A stretch of 64,000 bases of DNA from an uncultured Clostridia bacterium (GCA_964545975.1 CAZJHY010000002.1:18867-82866); one strand, 5' to 3'. Positions 35,462 through 46,213 are shown, counted from the stretch's first letter. Made by a program: numbers and translations. Notes: generated by a model from the sequence alone, not told the origin.

Positions 35462-36388
35462 GAAAGATGAGGGCTTTGCTGACCTGCAGGCGAAGCAGCG
35501 CAGCTTCGTGAAGCCCTCGCTTGTATAGAGCCTGAGCGCAGTCTCGTTGTCCGCATTCACGCTAAGAGTAGTCACTCCGAAGCCCTTCACGCTGGCGACC
35601 GAAACGAGGCTTCTGAGAAGCGCCCTGCCGAGCCCCATGCCCTGCCTGTCGGGAAGCACCGCTATAGGCCCGATGTTCATCGAGGGCTTGCCTTCAAGCA
35701 CATCTCGTGAACCTCTGGCCACGGCAACGGCCGTGCCCCGTTCTTCCAGCATCAGCATGGCTCCATCGATTCCATCGGTCGAGGAGGCCATCAAAGAGAC
35801 TTCTTCGGGAGACTGCGGCGCCTCATTGCCCTTAACCGCGGCGAAGGCGGCGTTTCTTACCTTGCACCATGCATGCTCATCCTTCCCCATTACAAAGGGC
35901 CTGATAGCGAAGCCTTCAGGAAGGGCGACTTCACCAGGCGGAAGCGCAGTGTCCCTCTTAAGGGAGTATACATTCCTTTCGATAGTGAAGCCCAAATCAT
36001 CGAGAAGGCCGCTCAGATGTGCGTCCTCAAGTGGCGCGAAGAAGTAGGCCGTATCTATGCCGGCGGCCTCCTTCATCAACTCGGCAAGAAGGAGGGCATA
36101 GTCCTCTCTGGACCCTTTTGGGCACCAAAGGATCCTGAAGCGCGCCTTCCTTGCGGCAACCGCCCTTGCTGTGAGCATGATGGACGCGGCGCCTGCGATG
36201 GACCCATCACATCCAGCAAGAATGCACGTCGGGTCGGCCTCACCGACGGCGAAGCCATGAAGCTCCTCATCGGAAAGATACGAGCCGTCGACCTTCTCCC
36301 TGCTGGCAATGCAGAACTCCTTGAACTCCCCCAGGCGGTCCGCATCAAGCTTAATGACTTCCAAGAGGTCACCACCCTCCGTACGCAA
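35456..36388 (-). CDS. Tandem-GNAT acetyltransferase (MshD-like architecture)
   Basis: The C-terminal block is IAVLPDRQGMGLGRALL and an N-terminal degenerate GNAT is present. It has a TTG start, which is uncertain. Confidence 0.65.
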   Translation of the reverse strand: MRTEGGDLLEVIKLDADRLGEFKEFCIASREKVDGSYLSDEELHGFAVGEADPTCILAGCDGSIAGAASIMLTARAVAARKARFRILWCPKGSREDYALLLAELMKEAAGIDTAYFFAPLEDAHLSGLLDDLGFTIERNVYSLKRDTALPPGEVALPEGFAIRPFVMGKDEHAWCKVRNAAFAAVKGNEAPQSPEEVSLMASSTDGIDGAMLMLEERGTAVAVARGSRDVLEGKPSMNIGPIAVLPDRQGMGLGRALLRSLVSVASVKGFGVTTLSVNADNETALRLYTSEGFTKLRCFACRSAKPSSFL

Positions 36389-36393
36389 TCTAA

Positions 36394-37302
36394 TCAGAAA
36401 TCCGTCAGCTCTCCAGAGATGCCCAGCTTATCAAGAGGGATGATGGCCCGTACGGTCATCTGTGGGTCCACGCACTGGCTTATGCGCAAGTCGACGAGAA
36501 GGCTTGCCATCATGTAGGCCTCCTCCCATCCGATGCCGCACGCCCTTGAGATATATCTGACAGCCGAATCTGTAGCTGACCGCGCCGCATCCTCAAGATC
36601 CGCTCCGGAAGATACGACCATCAGCTTGCTTCCTCGCCTGATTGCCGGCCAGCTTATGCTTAGATTCTTCACAACACTCACCTGAACGAGAACCTTAGCG
36701 GCTATCTCAAGGCCGGTGACGCAGGCCTCTCCGTCGGCCATTAGGGCATGGACGTCGCCAATGGCAAGCATCGCCCCCTCCTGGCTTACAGGAAGGTATA
36801 GGGTTGAGCCTTCTGAGATGTCCTTTGTGTCCATGTTTCCGCCGTGCCTTCCGGGAACGCCTGTAGATACCCGGCCCTGCTCCGAAGACGTCGCGACGCC
36901 GATTACGCCTATCATGGGGGAAACGGGAAGGAGCCTTCCTGCAAAGCTTGCCATCCCGGAGGAGACGGGGATGACTTTGGTTACGGATTTCTTCACTTTC
37001 GCGCCGAGAAGCCCGGCACCCGGGATTACGCTGATGACTCCACGGGAAGCGACCTCGATTGAAAGCACCGAGACGGAGAGGACGTCTCCGGGCTCTGCCC
37101 CTTCGATGAAGACCGGCCCTGTGGCGGGATTCAGGCAGGAGAAATCCACCTTGTCTATATCCTGGCCTTCGGAGCTCATCTGGCCGTGCCAGCAGTCGTG
37201 GGTCTCGAAAAGTATCAGCTCGCCGGGCTTTGCGAAAGCCACAGGGCTCATCGCAGGGGTGAATGCGCCCACTGAGCTCTCCTTTGGTATCCTTAGCATC
37301 AC
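36394..37302 (-). CDS. Acetamidase/formamidase (FmdA_AmdA) family amidohydrolase
   Basis: Motifs are GPVFIEGAEPGDVLSV, GGNMDTKDI and AIGDVHALMADGE. Confidence 0.8.
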   Translation of the reverse strand: MMLRIPKESSVGAFTPAMSPVAFAKPGELILFETHDCWHGQMSSEGQDIDKVDFSCLNPATGPVFIEGAEPGDVLSVSVLSIEVASRGVISVIPGAGLLGAKVKKSVTKVIPVSSGMASFAGRLLPVSPMIGVIGVATSSEQGRVSTGVPGRHGGNMDTKDISEGSTLYLPVSQEGAMLAIGDVHALMADGEACVTGLEIAAKVLVQVSVVKNLSISWPAIRRGSKLMVVSSGADLEDAARSATDSAVRYISRACGIGWEEAYMMASLLVDLRISQCVDPQMTVRAIIPLDKLGISGELTDF

Positions 37303-37314
37303 GCCACCTCCCGA

Positions 37315-38109
37315 CTACTTAAGGAAATTCCACTCATCCGCCCTGTATTTGCCTACAAGCTCCGTGGCTCGCCTAACCTCTGCATCGCTAAGGCCTGCCT
37401 CAGTAAGGGGCGAACCCACCAGCTTTCCGAACTCCTCTGAGATGGACCCAGTAAGCTCATAGGCCCCGACCTTCCTGCCGAGCGCCTCATCCACGGTCGC
37501 AATCCCTCCGGTAAGCCTTCCTTTCATGGTTTCCGGGAGGGCGCACACCTTCAAAAGCGCATCTATATCGGCGGACATGAGTATGGAGCCATGCTGCAGG
37601 AAGTGCCTTCCCGACCTGAACTGCGCGCTTCCTATGATCTTCCTGCCCCTCCAGGCGACCTCGAAGCTGGACGGCACGTCGAAGCAGGCGGCTGTCTTCT
37701 CCTTGCCCCTGTCGCTGTAAGCCGGCACAAGGTCGGCCGCTATCCCGTATGCCTTAAGCCCGTCTGACAGGGCGCTGCTGATCATCATGTAAACGTCGAG
37801 GACAGCCCCTCCCCCGAAGAGAAGGGAGTCGGCGATTACGCTGTACGTAAGCTCGTCGTCATGGAGCACGGCGCGGCCTCCGGTCCTTCTTCTCACCATC
37901 GTGAAGCCTCTGGACCGCACCTCCTCCATGTCGCATGATTCCACCGCCTTCTGGTTGTAGCCCAATGAAAGGCAGGGCGGATTCCATGTATAGAACCTGA
38001 GGGTGGGCGGAGATGCGCCGGCTATTACGGATTCGAGCACCGCCTCATCGGCCGCCATGTTCCAGGCGCCCTCCGATGCTGGCGATATGATAAGCCTCCA
38101 CTGCGCCAA
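37315..38109 (-). CDS. Lipoate-protein ligase / octanoyltransferase (LplA/LipM-type catalytic domain)
   Basis: Motifs are PTLRFYTWNPPCLSLGYNQ, RRRTGGRAVLHDDELTYS, GRKIIGSAQFR and LQHGSIL. Confidence 0.8.
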   Translation of the reverse strand: MAQWRLIISPASEGAWNMAADEAVLESVIAGASPPTLRFYTWNPPCLSLGYNQKAVESCDMEEVRSRGFTMVRRRTGGRAVLHDDELTYSVIADSLLFGGGAVLDVYMMISSALSDGLKAYGIAADLVPAYSDRGKEKTAACFDVPSSFEVAWRGRKIIGSAQFRSGRHFLQHGSILMSADIDALLKVCALPETMKGRLTGGIATVDEALGRKVGAYELTGSISEEFGKLVGSPLTEAGLSDAEVRRATELVGKYRADEWNFLK

Positions 38110-38123
38110 ATGAATCCCTCCCG

Positions 38124-39122
38124 TCAGTCCAGCATAAGACCCTCAAGGGCCATAGACAGAGCCTTCTCGGATTCCTCGCTGGTCAGCGCCTTAGGGTAGT
38201 TGTAGAGCTCCGCGCCCGGGCTTTCGTTGTAGTAGGGCCTGTTGCAGAAGCTGCAGCCGGAAGTAAGAAACGGGGAACCTCCTGCTGCCAGCAAGACTAT
38301 GTCGTGCTCCTTAAGCGAGATGCCGCTGAGCCTTCCATCTACATCGAAGCGCATCCCATCCGCCTTAAGGTCATGGTGTTTAATCAGCCAGAAAGCGAGC
38401 TGCACCCTCCTGTAGGAGCGGATGTCCGGCTTTGGGTGCCCTTCCATCTCCGTACCCCTAAGGGGGGTGAAGGCGAACAGGCCGAGGCCTACACCCATAT
38501 CCTTCATCTTGGCAGCGAGAAGGAGCAGGTCTTTTTCGGTTTCGCCCATTCCTGAGATCAGATGGGTCGATATTCTCCCCGGGTACTTGGAAGAAGCCTC
38601 GGAGATGAGCCTCATCGAAGCCTCCATGGAGGACTTCTTTATCAGAAGGTGCAGCTTAGGATTGCAGGCGTCTATCGAGAGGGCAACCTTGTCGGCTCCC
38701 GCCTCGATAATGCTTCCTATGTCGCCTAAACCCGCCGTCGCGCTGAATGATACAGATATCGGTGTTCCGCCCTCGCAGGCATCTCTTAGCTTTCCCACTG
38801 CAGCCACGACTGCCTTCAGGGATGAGCTTCCTCCAACGGTCTGAATGCAGACACGCCTGATGATGCCGGTTGCTGTGGCAGCACCAAGGGCCTGCATGAG
38901 CTCCTTCTCTTCTGCCTCCGGCCAGGTGATCCGGGACAGCCTGCCCGCGCCGGCGCCGCTTCTTCTTGCCTGGGCGCAGAACGCGCAGTCTCTTACGCAC
39001 TTCTCCCCCAGCATGATGTAGGCGGTGGTAGGAAGGGCGTCGGCCTTAATGTCCATGAGGCCCAAAGCGGCCATGGTCCCGGAGGACGGCCTGAACTTAA
39101 GGGCCTGCCCTGGGTCATCCAT
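38124..39122 (-). CDS. Radical SAM protein, biotin-synthase-like; candidate LipS1/LipS2-type lipoyl synthase subunit
   Basis: CVRDCAFC equals CX3CX2C, and there is no LipA-type CX4CX5C motif. The gene sits between the ligase and a second rSAM gene, which it overlaps by 8 nt. Confidence 0.65.
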   Translation of the reverse strand: MDDPGQALKFRPSSGTMAALGLMDIKADALPTTAYIMLGEKCVRDCAFCAQARRSGAGAGRLSRITWPEAEEKELMQALGAATATGIIRRVCIQTVGGSSSLKAVVAAVGKLRDACEGGTPISVSFSATAGLGDIGSIIEAGADKVALSIDACNPKLHLLIKKSSMEASMRLISEASSKYPGRISTHLISGMGETEKDLLLLAAKMKDMGVGLGLFAFTPLRGTEMEGHPKPDIRSYRRVQLAFWLIKHHDLKADGMRFDVDGRLSGISLKEHDIVLLAAGGSPFLTSGCSFCNRPYYNESPGAELYNYPKALTSEESEKALSMALEGLMLD

Positions 39123-39987
39123 CCTTCCTCATCCCCCTTCCGAGGGCGGGGAAGACGCAGCATTCATCCGCTGCAAGCACTTCGAAGCCTTCAGACTGCG
39201 CCCAGAGCACTGCCTCCTTCGCCGGCATGACGATTATGTCTGCGCCTGCTTTCAAGGCAAGGATGTCCAGCCTGGAGCGATACCCACCGGCCGGCCTCAT
39301 GCAGCCCAGCGAGACAGGAGAATTCGGGAAGGTCTCCTTCGCATGCCTTATCACATCGGCGGCTGTAGCCTCAGAAGGAGGCATTACGCCTTCCATCCTT
39401 GTCCCCTTGGTGGGCCTGAACACAATAACGACAACTCCGGGTGGCTCCGGTATGCTGCCGGAATCGGCCAAAGCCCTTATTTCATCCAGGACGCCGACGG
39501 AGAAGTACGGTTCGGAATCCGGTCCCAGCAGCCCTACCGTTATGTGGGGGATGGTGGGTACAGCGTTTGATGCCAGCACGAAGCTTCTCACATAGTCCCC
39601 CGGAGCCGACTTCGAACCATATACACCCTCAGTTATCCTTATGTCGTTTACATAGTCGAAAGAGATGACGTCGGCAACACCCGCAAGCCTTGAGATCCCA
39701 TCCTCATCCAATATGCCAGTATGGCAATTAATGGAAAGGTGGGGATGATCCTCGGATACCCTCTCGGGCCAACCCTCTATCGGGACATGTCCATAGGCAT
39801 CGCTTCCGCCTGAGATGAGCACGCTTCTTGCCGACAGGTCGATGAAGGCCGCCAGCGCTTCATCCGGCGGCCTCATCCCCTTCAGGTATCTAGCGCCGCA
39901 GTGGGCGCAGTTTAGCCCGCAGGCCTCACCGGTGACGGATATCGCCACGGTGGCCGTGGGGCGAGCGAAGATGACCTTCCTACTCAT
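39115..39987 (-). CDS. Radical SAM protein; candidate second LipS1/LipS2-type lipoyl synthase subunit
   Basis: CGLNCAHC equals CX3CX2C. It overlaps gcvPB by 8 nt. Confidence 0.65.
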   Translation of the reverse strand: MSRKVIFARPTATVAISVTGEACGLNCAHCGARYLKGMRPPDEALAAFIDLSARSVLISGGSDAYGHVPIEGWPERVSEDHPHLSINCHTGILDEDGISRLAGVADVISFDYVNDIRITEGVYGSKSAPGDYVRSFVLASNAVPTIPHITVGLLGPDSEPYFSVGVLDEIRALADSGSIPEPPGVVVIVFRPTKGTRMEGVMPPSEATAADVIRHAKETFPNSPVSLGCMRPAGGYRSRLDILALKAGADIIVMPAKEAVLWAQSEGFEVLAADECCVFPALGRGMRKDG

Positions 39988-41449
39988 TGTCCGCTTTAGT
40001 CCACCTCAGTACCGGTTTTCTTGCAGCAAGCGTCTCATCCAGCCTTCCGACCGGAGTGTTGTGGGGCGCTGAGTGCAGGTTCTCCGGGTTCTCCTTCGCT
40101 TCCTTAGCTATCTCCCTCATCGCCTCGATGAAGGAGTCCAGGGTCTCTTTGCTCTCAGTCTCGGTGGGCTCAATCATTATCGCCTCCTCGACTATGAGGG
40201 GGAAGTAGACTGTGGGGGCATGGTAGCCGTAGTCCAGGAGCCTCTTTGCCATGTCGAGGGTCCTTACTCCGCTCTCCTTCTTCTGCTTGGCTCCGGAGAG
40301 CACGAATTCGTGCTTGCAGGTCCTGTCGAAGTTGAGCTGGAAGTCGCTTTTAAGCTCGTGCATGAGGTAGTTGGCGTTTAGCACCGCTAGCTCGGATGCC
40401 GCCTTGAGGCCGTCCGGGCCCATCGTCCTGATGTAAGCCCAGGTCCTAAGAAGCACGCCGAAGTTGCCGTTGAAGGAGTGCACGTGGCCTATGGAATCCG
40501 GCCTGTCGAAGTCCCACCTGTACATGCCGCCGTTGAGCTCCACCAGGGGCTTGGGGAGGAATGGCTCAAGGAACTTCTTCACGCCGACTGGGCCTGCTCC
40601 CGGCCCTCCCCCGCCATGGGGCGTGGAGAAGGTCTTATGCAAATTCAGGTGGACGACGTCGAAACCCATGTCGCCGGGCCTGGATTTGCCCATTATGGCG
40701 TTTGCGTTCGCCCCGTCGTAATAGACGAGGCCGCCCGCGTCATGGACTATCTCGGTAATATCGCAGATATGCTCGTCGAAAAGGCCGAGCGTGTTGGGGT
40801 TCGTGAGCATGAGCGCCGCTGTGTCGGGACCTACCTTCGCCTTCAGGTCCTCAATGTCCACGTTGCCCCTCGCGTCCGATGCCACCTGTATGACCGTCAT
40901 CCCGGCGGCCGCCGCGCTTGCAGGGTTGGTGCCGTGAGACGAGTCGGGGGCCAGTATCTTGTCCCTCTTGCAGTCCATCCTGCTGAAGTGGTAGGCGCGG
41001 ATAATGAAAAGGCCGGTTAGCTCACCATGGGCGCCTGCCACCGGCTGGAGCGTGAACCTGTCCATGCCGCAGATCTCGGAAAGCCATAGGTCGAGGTCAT
41101 GGATGACCTTAAGGGCGCCTTGCGCGCCACGCTCCGGCATATCGGGGTGCAGCCTGGCAAAGCCGGGAAGCCTCGCCGCATCCTCGTTTATTTTCGGGTT
41201 GTACTTCATAGTGCAGCTTCCCAGAGGGTAGAATCCCGTGTCGACGCTGTGGTTAAGGTTCGAGAGGTTCACGAAGTGCCTCACCACGTCAACCTCGGAG
41301 ACTTCGGGTAGCCCCGGAGCTTGCTTTCTAATCATGCTGTCCGGCACCATGGACTCCACGGCAAGTTCCGGCACGTCCGAGGCAGGAAGGCTTACGCCCA
41401 CCCTTCCGGGCCTGCTCATCTCGAAAATCAGGGGCATGAGCCTCTTCAT
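39980..41449 (-). CDS. gcvPB: Glycine dehydrogenase (aminomethyl-transferring) subunit 2
   Basis: Typical GcvPB sequence including the PLP-Lys block [16 protein letters not shown]. Confidence 0.93.
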   Translation of the reverse strand: MKRLMPLIFEMSRPGRVGVSLPASDVPELAVESMVPDSMIRKQAPGLPEVSEVDVVRHFVNLSNLNHSVDTGFYPLGSCTMKYNPKINEDAARLPGFARLHPDMPERGAQGALKVIHDLDLWLSEICGMDRFTLQPVAGAHGELTGLFIIRAYHFSRMDCKRDKILAPDSSHGTNPASAAAAGMTVIQVASDARGNVDIEDLKAKVGPDTAALMLTNPNTLGLFDEHICDITEIVHDAGGLVYYDGANANAIMGKSRPGDMGFDVVHLNLHKTFSTPHGGGGPGAGPVGVKKFLEPFLPKPLVELNGGMYRWDFDRPDSIGHVHSFNGNFGVLLRTWAYIRTMGPDGLKAASELAVLNANYLMHELKSDFQLNFDRTCKHEFVLSGAKQKKESGVRTLDMAKRLLDYGYHAPTVYFPLIVEEAIMIEPTETESKETLDSFIEAMREIAKEAKENPENLHSAPHNTPVGRLDETLAARKPVLRWTKADNE

Positions 41450-42798
41450 CTTGCGCTCACCTCCAGTAGGGATACGAGCCTGTCCATCTGCTCCCTGGTG
41501 CGAAGCTCGGTCACCGCCCAGAGGGAGTTGTGCTTAAGCTCGGGGTATGCGGTTGAAAGGGGTAATCCTCCGAGCATGCCTTCATCCAATAGCCTGTCTC
41601 TAAGCTCAGCCGCGCAGCCATCGCCCTCTATTGCAAACTCGTTGAAGAATGGACCTGTAAACTTGAGCTTATAGGGCGTCTTCTCTGAGATGCTCTTCGC
41701 CAGGTAGTGTGCCTTCCACATGGAAAGCTCCGCTGCCTTTCTAAGGCCTTTGGGACCCATCAGGCTCAGGTGTATCGTGGCAGCAAGCGCGCATAGAGCC
41801 TCGTTGGAACAGATGTTGCTAGTGGCGTTCTCTCGCCTTATGTGCTGCTCTCTGGTCTGAAGCGTCAGGACGAATGCCCTCTGGCCGCGGTTGTCCAGCG
41901 TCTGGCCGACGAGCCTTCCCGGCATGCGCCTTACCAGCTGCTGGGTCGCCGCCATGAAGCCGAGGAGCGGGCCTCCGAAGTTCATGCCGTTTCCCATCGA
42001 CTGTCCCTCGCCGACTGCGATGTCGGCGCCGTAGGCTCTCGGTGCTTCAAGCACAGCGAGGCTTACCGGGTTAACCACCGTGACGAAGAAGCCCCCGTCT
42101 GAGTGGGCTGCCTCCGAAAGCCCGTGCATGTCCTCTATCACGCCCAGGTAATTGGGATTTTGAGCTATCACGCAGGCAGCCCCTTCCGCAGCCTTCCTGA
42201 GCTCCGCCGCGTCTGTCTGGCCTGTCTTGGGGTCGAAGGGGACTTCCACGACCTCGTACTCCCTGGGTTCGGCATAGGTCTTGACCACCTCGCGGTAGCG
42301 CGGGTTGGTTGCCCTGGTGATGACTACCTTCTTCCTGCCGGACTGGCTTGCGCACATTATCGAGGCTTCGGCGGCTGCCGTGCCGGCGTCATACATCGAT
42401 GCGTTCGCCTGGTCCATGCCGGTGAGCTCGCATATCATCGTCTGATACTGGAAGATCGCGGTGAGGGTCCCCTGGCTTACCTCCGGCTGATAGGGCGTAT
42501 AGGCTGTGTAGAACTCGCCGCGCCTTAGCATGTGGTCCACCACGGATGGCACGAAGTGGTCGTAGATGCCGCCTCCTGCGAAACAGACCGCGCATGCATC
42601 ATTCATTTTGGCTATCATGTCCAGCTCGGCTACCAGCTCGGGCTCCGAAAGAGATTCGGGGATGTCGAGCTTCCCGGTGAACCTAAGGCCCTCGGGGATA
42701 TCGGAGAAAAGGTCATCGATGCTCTTTGCGCCTATCGCATCCAGCATCTCGCGCACTTCCTGCTCGGTCGCAGGAAGGTAATGGCGAGGAGCTCCCAT
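41446..42798 (-). CDS. gcvPA: Glycine dehydrogenase subunit 1
   Basis: [17 protein letters not shown]. It overlaps gcvPB by 4 nt. Confidence 0.93.
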   Translation of the reverse strand: MGAPRHYLPATEQEVREMLDAIGAKSIDDLFSDIPEGLRFTGKLDIPESLSEPELVAELDMIAKMNDACAVCFAGGGIYDHFVPSVVDHMLRRGEFYTAYTPYQPEVSQGTLTAIFQYQTMICELTGMDQANASMYDAGTAAAEASIMCASQSGRKKVVITRATNPRYREVVKTYAEPREYEVVEVPFDPKTGQTDAAELRKAAEGAACVIAQNPNYLGVIEDMHGLSEAAHSDGGFFVTVVNPVSLAVLEAPRAYGADIAVGEGQSMGNGMNFGGPLLGFMAATQQLVRRMPGRLVGQTLDNRGQRAFVLTLQTREQHIRRENATSNICSNEALCALAATIHLSLMGPKGLRKAAELSMWKAHYLAKSISEKTPYKLKFTGPFFNEFAIEGDGCAAELRDRLLDEGMLGGLPLSTAYPELKHNSLWAVTELRTREQMDRLVSLLEVSAR

Positions 42799-42816
42799 AT
42801 CCAGCTACCTCCTAAC

Positions 42817-43188
42817 TTAATGCTGCGACTCGAGGAACTTGCGGTAAGCTGCCTCGTCCATCAGCGCATCCAGCTCGGCGGGGTTCGCCGCCTCGATTTT
42901 CACTATCCAGCCATCTCCCTGGGGGGATTCGTTGATTATTCCGGCGTTGCTGCCTACGCCCTCGTTTACTTCAACGACCTTGCCGCTGACAGGCGAGAAT
43001 ACCTCGGCTACCGCCTTCACTGATTCGAGGTCCACGAGCTTTGCGCCCTTCTTCACGGTCGAACCGACCGCGGGAAGTTCAGCGAAGATCACGTCGCCGA
43101 GGTGCTCGGCCGCGTAATCGCTTATGCCCACTGTGACGAGCTTGCCCTCTGCCTTTGCCCATTCATGGCTGTCTGCGTACTTGAACAT
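42817..43188 (-). CDS. gcvH: Glycine cleavage system H protein
   Basis: The lipoyl-lysine block is ESVKAVAEVFSPVSGKV. Confidence 0.93.
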   Translation of the reverse strand: MFKYADSHEWAKAEGKLVTVGISDYAAEHLGDVIFAELPAVGSTVKKGAKLVDLESVKAVAEVFSPVSGKVVEVNEGVGSNAGIINESPQGDGWIVKIEAANPAELDALMDEAAYRKFLESQH

Positions 43189-43226
43189 CTCTCCAACCTC
43201 CGTATGTTTATTTCAGTGCTTGTCCA

Positions 43227-44354
43227 TCAAGGCTTCTTATAGGCTTTCTTGTAGAATGGAGTCTTCACGACGACCGCCTTCATCGCCCTGTCTCTTATCT
43301 GGACTGCTATTTCGGTGCCGGTCTTCGCGTAGGCGATGGCAACCTGCGCCATGGCGAGATTCTTGCCCAGTGTCGGGCTGGGAAGCCCGCTTGTGACCCA
43401 GCCGATCTCCGCGCCTTCGGGGGAGAGCACCTTGTAGCCGTTTCTGGGTATGCCCCTGTCTATGAGCTCGACTCCTACCTGCTTTCTTGCAAGGCCATTC
43501 TCCTTCTGGGCGATGAGGACGTCCTTTCCGATGAAGGAGGGCTTGTCCAGCTTCACGAAGTAGCCAAGCGACGCTTCAAGCGGGGTGATGTCCTTCGAAA
43601 GCTCGTGGCCGTACAGCGGCAGGCATGCCTCGAACCTGAGCGAATCCCTCGAGCCGAGCCCGCAGGGCGATACTCCGAGGTCCTCGCCGGCCTTCATCGC
43701 GCTCTCCCAGACATTGACTGCATCCTCCGGCTTCATATAGATTTCGAAGCCGTCCTCGCCGGTATAGCCCGTTCGGGAGATAAGGCACTCCGCACCTGCT
43801 ATGCCTACATTTTCCTTGCAGTAGAAGAACTTGAGCTCGTCGAGGTTGTAGTCGGTGAGCCTCTGCACCAGCTCCTGCGCCTTGGGTCCCTGCACCGCGA
43901 TTTCCGCCCATTCGGCCGATTCGTTGACGACCGTGCAGTCCCAGCCCTCGGCCTGCTTTCTGATCCATTCGTAGTCCTTGTCGGAATTGGAGGCGTTGAC
44001 AACGAGGAAGAACTCCTCGTCGGAGAGCTTGTAGGCGAGAAGGTCGTCCACTATGCCGCCTTCCGGGTAGCACATCTGGGCGTATGTGACCTGGTTCATC
44101 TCGGCGCCTGCGACGTCGTTTGTTATGAGGTTGTCCACGAACTTGAGCGTGGCCGGCCCCTTGACCCTTATCTCGCCCATGTGGGACACGTCGAAAAGGC
44201 CGACTGCCTCCCTCACGGTCCTATGCTCCTCAAGGTCGCCCTTGCCCTTGTACCTTACCGGCAGCTCCCAGCCGCCGAAGTCGACGATCATCCCGCCGTA
44301 TTTTATGTGCATCTCGTATAGCGGGGTCCTCTTCAATCCTGACAATCGGGACAC
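43227..44354 (-). CDS. gcvT: Aminomethyltransferase (glycine cleavage T protein)
   Basis: LKRTPLYEMH..GWELPVRY. The GTG at 44354 abuts the GGAG, so the TTG at 44345 (RBS spacing about 8) may be the real start. Confidence 0.92.
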   Translation of the reverse strand: MSRLSGLKRTPLYEMHIKYGGMIVDFGGWELPVRYKGKGDLEEHRTVREAVGLFDVSHMGEIRVKGPATLKFVDNLITNDVAGAEMNQVTYAQMCYPEGGIVDDLLAYKLSDEEFFLVVNASNSDKDYEWIRKQAEGWDCTVVNESAEWAEIAVQGPKAQELVQRLTDYNLDELKFFYCKENVGIAGAECLISRTGYTGEDGFEIYMKPEDAVNVWESAMKAGEDLGVSPCGLGSRDSLRFEACLPLYGHELSKDITPLEASLGYFVKLDKPSFIGKDVLIAQKENGLARKQVGVELIDRGIPRNGYKVLSPEGAEIGWVTSGLPSPTLGKNLAMAQVAIAYAKTGTEIAVQIRDRAMKAVVVKTPFYKKAYKKP

Positions 44355-44519
44355 CTCCGATATTGTGATGTGTACAAACTGTGCATGCGAATAAAGTGCG
44401 GTTCTTGCCGCTTACTATTATATAATACTCCTTGGGCTAATAGGACATAGCGGAGGGTGCGGCGAATAGCACAACTGAGAGCCTCTCCGCTTCGTTAATA
44501 TACTCGTGGAGGTATCGCG

Positions 44520-45893
44520 ATGTTCGACGTGCTGGTCATAGGCGGAGGGCCTGGAGGCTACACCTGCGCGATAAGGTCTGCCCAGCTCGGGCTCAAAGTG
44601 GCGGTCGCAGAGAGGAAGCATCTGGGGGGTATCTGCCTCAACTGGGGATGCATCCCCACCAAGGCGCTCTCCCATACTGCTGAGATGCTGGCAAACGCGA
44701 GGAGAGGCGCCGAATACGGCATCAACTCCGAGGGCGTAAGCTTCGACATAGTCAAGGCCATGTCCAGGAAGGACAGGGTAACCGCCAAGCTAAAAGCCGG
44801 CGTGGGCTACCTTATGAAGAAGAACGGCATCACCGTGATAAACGGCGACGCCAGGGTGCTATCCCCCGGAAAAGTGGAAGTGACCGCCGCGGATGGCAAC
44901 AAGCAATTGTATGAAACAAAGAACATCGTGATAGCTACCGGCTCTTCGCCCGTGGCCCCGAAGATGTTCGGTTACGACGGGAGCCTGGTGCTAACCTCGG
45001 ACGAGATGCTGGCATTGAGGGAAGTGCCGGGGGAGCTGCTGGTAGTAGGCGCCGGAGTCATCGGATGCGAGTTTGCCAGCATATACGGCACGTTCGGCAG
45101 CAAGGTGACCCTCGTAGACGTGATGCCGAGGATACTTCCCATGGTGGACGAGGAGGCGGCATCCATAGTGGAGGCCTCTTTCAGGAAGAGGGGCATGGAG
45201 GTCATCACAGGGGTGGGCGTAGGATCCGTCGAGAAGGCTGAGGGCAGGGTCGCCGCGGTATTGGAGGACGGAAGGCGCATAGAGGCCGACAGGATGCTCC
45301 TGTCCATAGGAAGAAAGCCTAACGGTTCGTCAGCAGGCGCTGCGGATGCCGGGGTCGAAATCGGCAAGGCCGGGGAGATTGTAGTCGACAACGCGATGAG
45401 CACTAACGTGCCCGGCATATGGGCCATCGGCGACGTGAACAACAGGATGCAGCTTGCCCACGTTGCGTCATATCAGGGCATGGTCTGCGCCGCTAACATG
45501 GCCGGCGGAAACCGCACGATGGGCTATTATGCCGTACCGAACTGCATCTTCACTTATCCCGAGGTGGCACAGGTCGGAGTGAGCGAGGATGGAGCCAAGT
45601 CCTCAGGGATTGAGTACACGGTCGGAAGATTCCCGTATTCGGCTCTGGGCAAGGCATCCGCGATGGGAGAGCCCGAGGGCTTCGCGAAGCTGGTTGCAGA
45701 CGGGGCAGGCAGGGTGATAGGAGGAACTGTCGTGGGAGCGCACGCGTCGGACATAATCGCCGAGGTGGCGCTGGCCGTGACCGCGGGCCTTACGCTCAAG
45801 GAAGTCGGACATACGGTCCACGCGCATCCGACGCTAGCCGAGTCGGTGCTTGAGGCCGCGGAGGCCGCCTACGGGCTGGCCATCAACATATAA
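44520..45893 (+). CDS. lpdA: Dihydrolipoyl dehydrogenase (L protein/E3)
   Basis: Motifs are GGGPGGY, the redox disulfide GGICLNWGCIPTK, and a C-terminal HAHPT block. Confidence 0.92.
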   Translation: MFDVLVIGGGPGGYTCAIRSAQLGLKVAVAERKHLGGICLNWGCIPTKALSHTAEMLANARRGAEYGINSEGVSFDIVKAMSRKDRVTAKLKAGVGYLMKKNGITVINGDARVLSPGKVEVTAADGNKQLYETKNIVIATGSSPVAPKMFGYDGSLVLTSDEMLALREVPGELLVVGAGVIGCEFASIYGTFGSKVTLVDVMPRILPMVDEEAASIVEASFRKRGMEVITGVGVGSVEKAEGRVAAVLEDGRRIEADRMLLSIGRKPNGSSAGAADAGVEIGKAGEIVVDNAMSTNVPGIWAIGDVNNRMQLAHVASYQGMVCAANMAGGNRTMGYYAVPNCIFTYPEVAQVGVSEDGAKSSGIEYTVGRFPYSALGKASAMGEPEGFAKLVADGAGRVIGGTVVGAHASDIIAEVALAVTAGLTLKEVGHTVHAHPTLAESVLEAAEAAYGLAINI

Positions 45894-45934
45894 TCCACAA
45901 CATGGGCGGTAAAACCGCTTGGGAGGTGCGTAAG

Positions 45935-46213
45935 ATGAGGGGTAAGGACTGGTTCGCGCTGGTGCTGGTTCTCCTGGGGCTCGTGCTTCTGGGGGACAAC
46001 CTGGGATTGTTCAGGCTGAGCTACATAATCAGGCTGTGGCCTGTGGTGCTGATAATACTCGGCCTTTGGGTCTTCATAAGAAGGGACCAGCCAAAGAAGA
46101 CGGCAGTGGAAGTGAGCTTCTCTACTTTAAAGGCGGTGGAGCCCGAGACCAAAGTGGAACCTGAGGAGGTCATCGCCGCGAATGACGATGACGACGACGA
46201 GGACGAAGTCTAA
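45935..46213 (+). CDS. Small membrane protein with LiaF/DUF5668-like TM hairpin and poly-acidic tail
   Basis: The start was set to the ATG at 45935 (GGGAGG 8 nt upstream). Sequence is LVLLGDNLGLF..WPVVLIILGLW, with a tail of NDDDDDEDEV. Confidence 0.6.
   Translation: MRGKDWFALVLVLLGLVLLGDNLGLFRLSYIIRLWPVVLIILGLWVFIRRDQPKKTAVEVSFSTLKAVEPETKVEPEEVIAANDDDDDEDEV

Noticed and set aside
44355-44519. Possible glycine riboswitch upstream of gcvT.
   Set aside because: The minus-strand leader has GGAGAG and CUCUCAG within a single ~42-nt hairpin (plus strand about 44450-44491). It lacks the ACCGAAGGGGCAA-type core and is too short for an aptamer. I cannot support a riboswitch call without a covariance-model search (RF00504).
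46141-46213. GAC/GAT/GAG trinucleotide-rich tract.
   Set aside because: It simply encodes the poly-acidic C-terminal tail of the small membrane protein. It is not a DNA-level repeat element.
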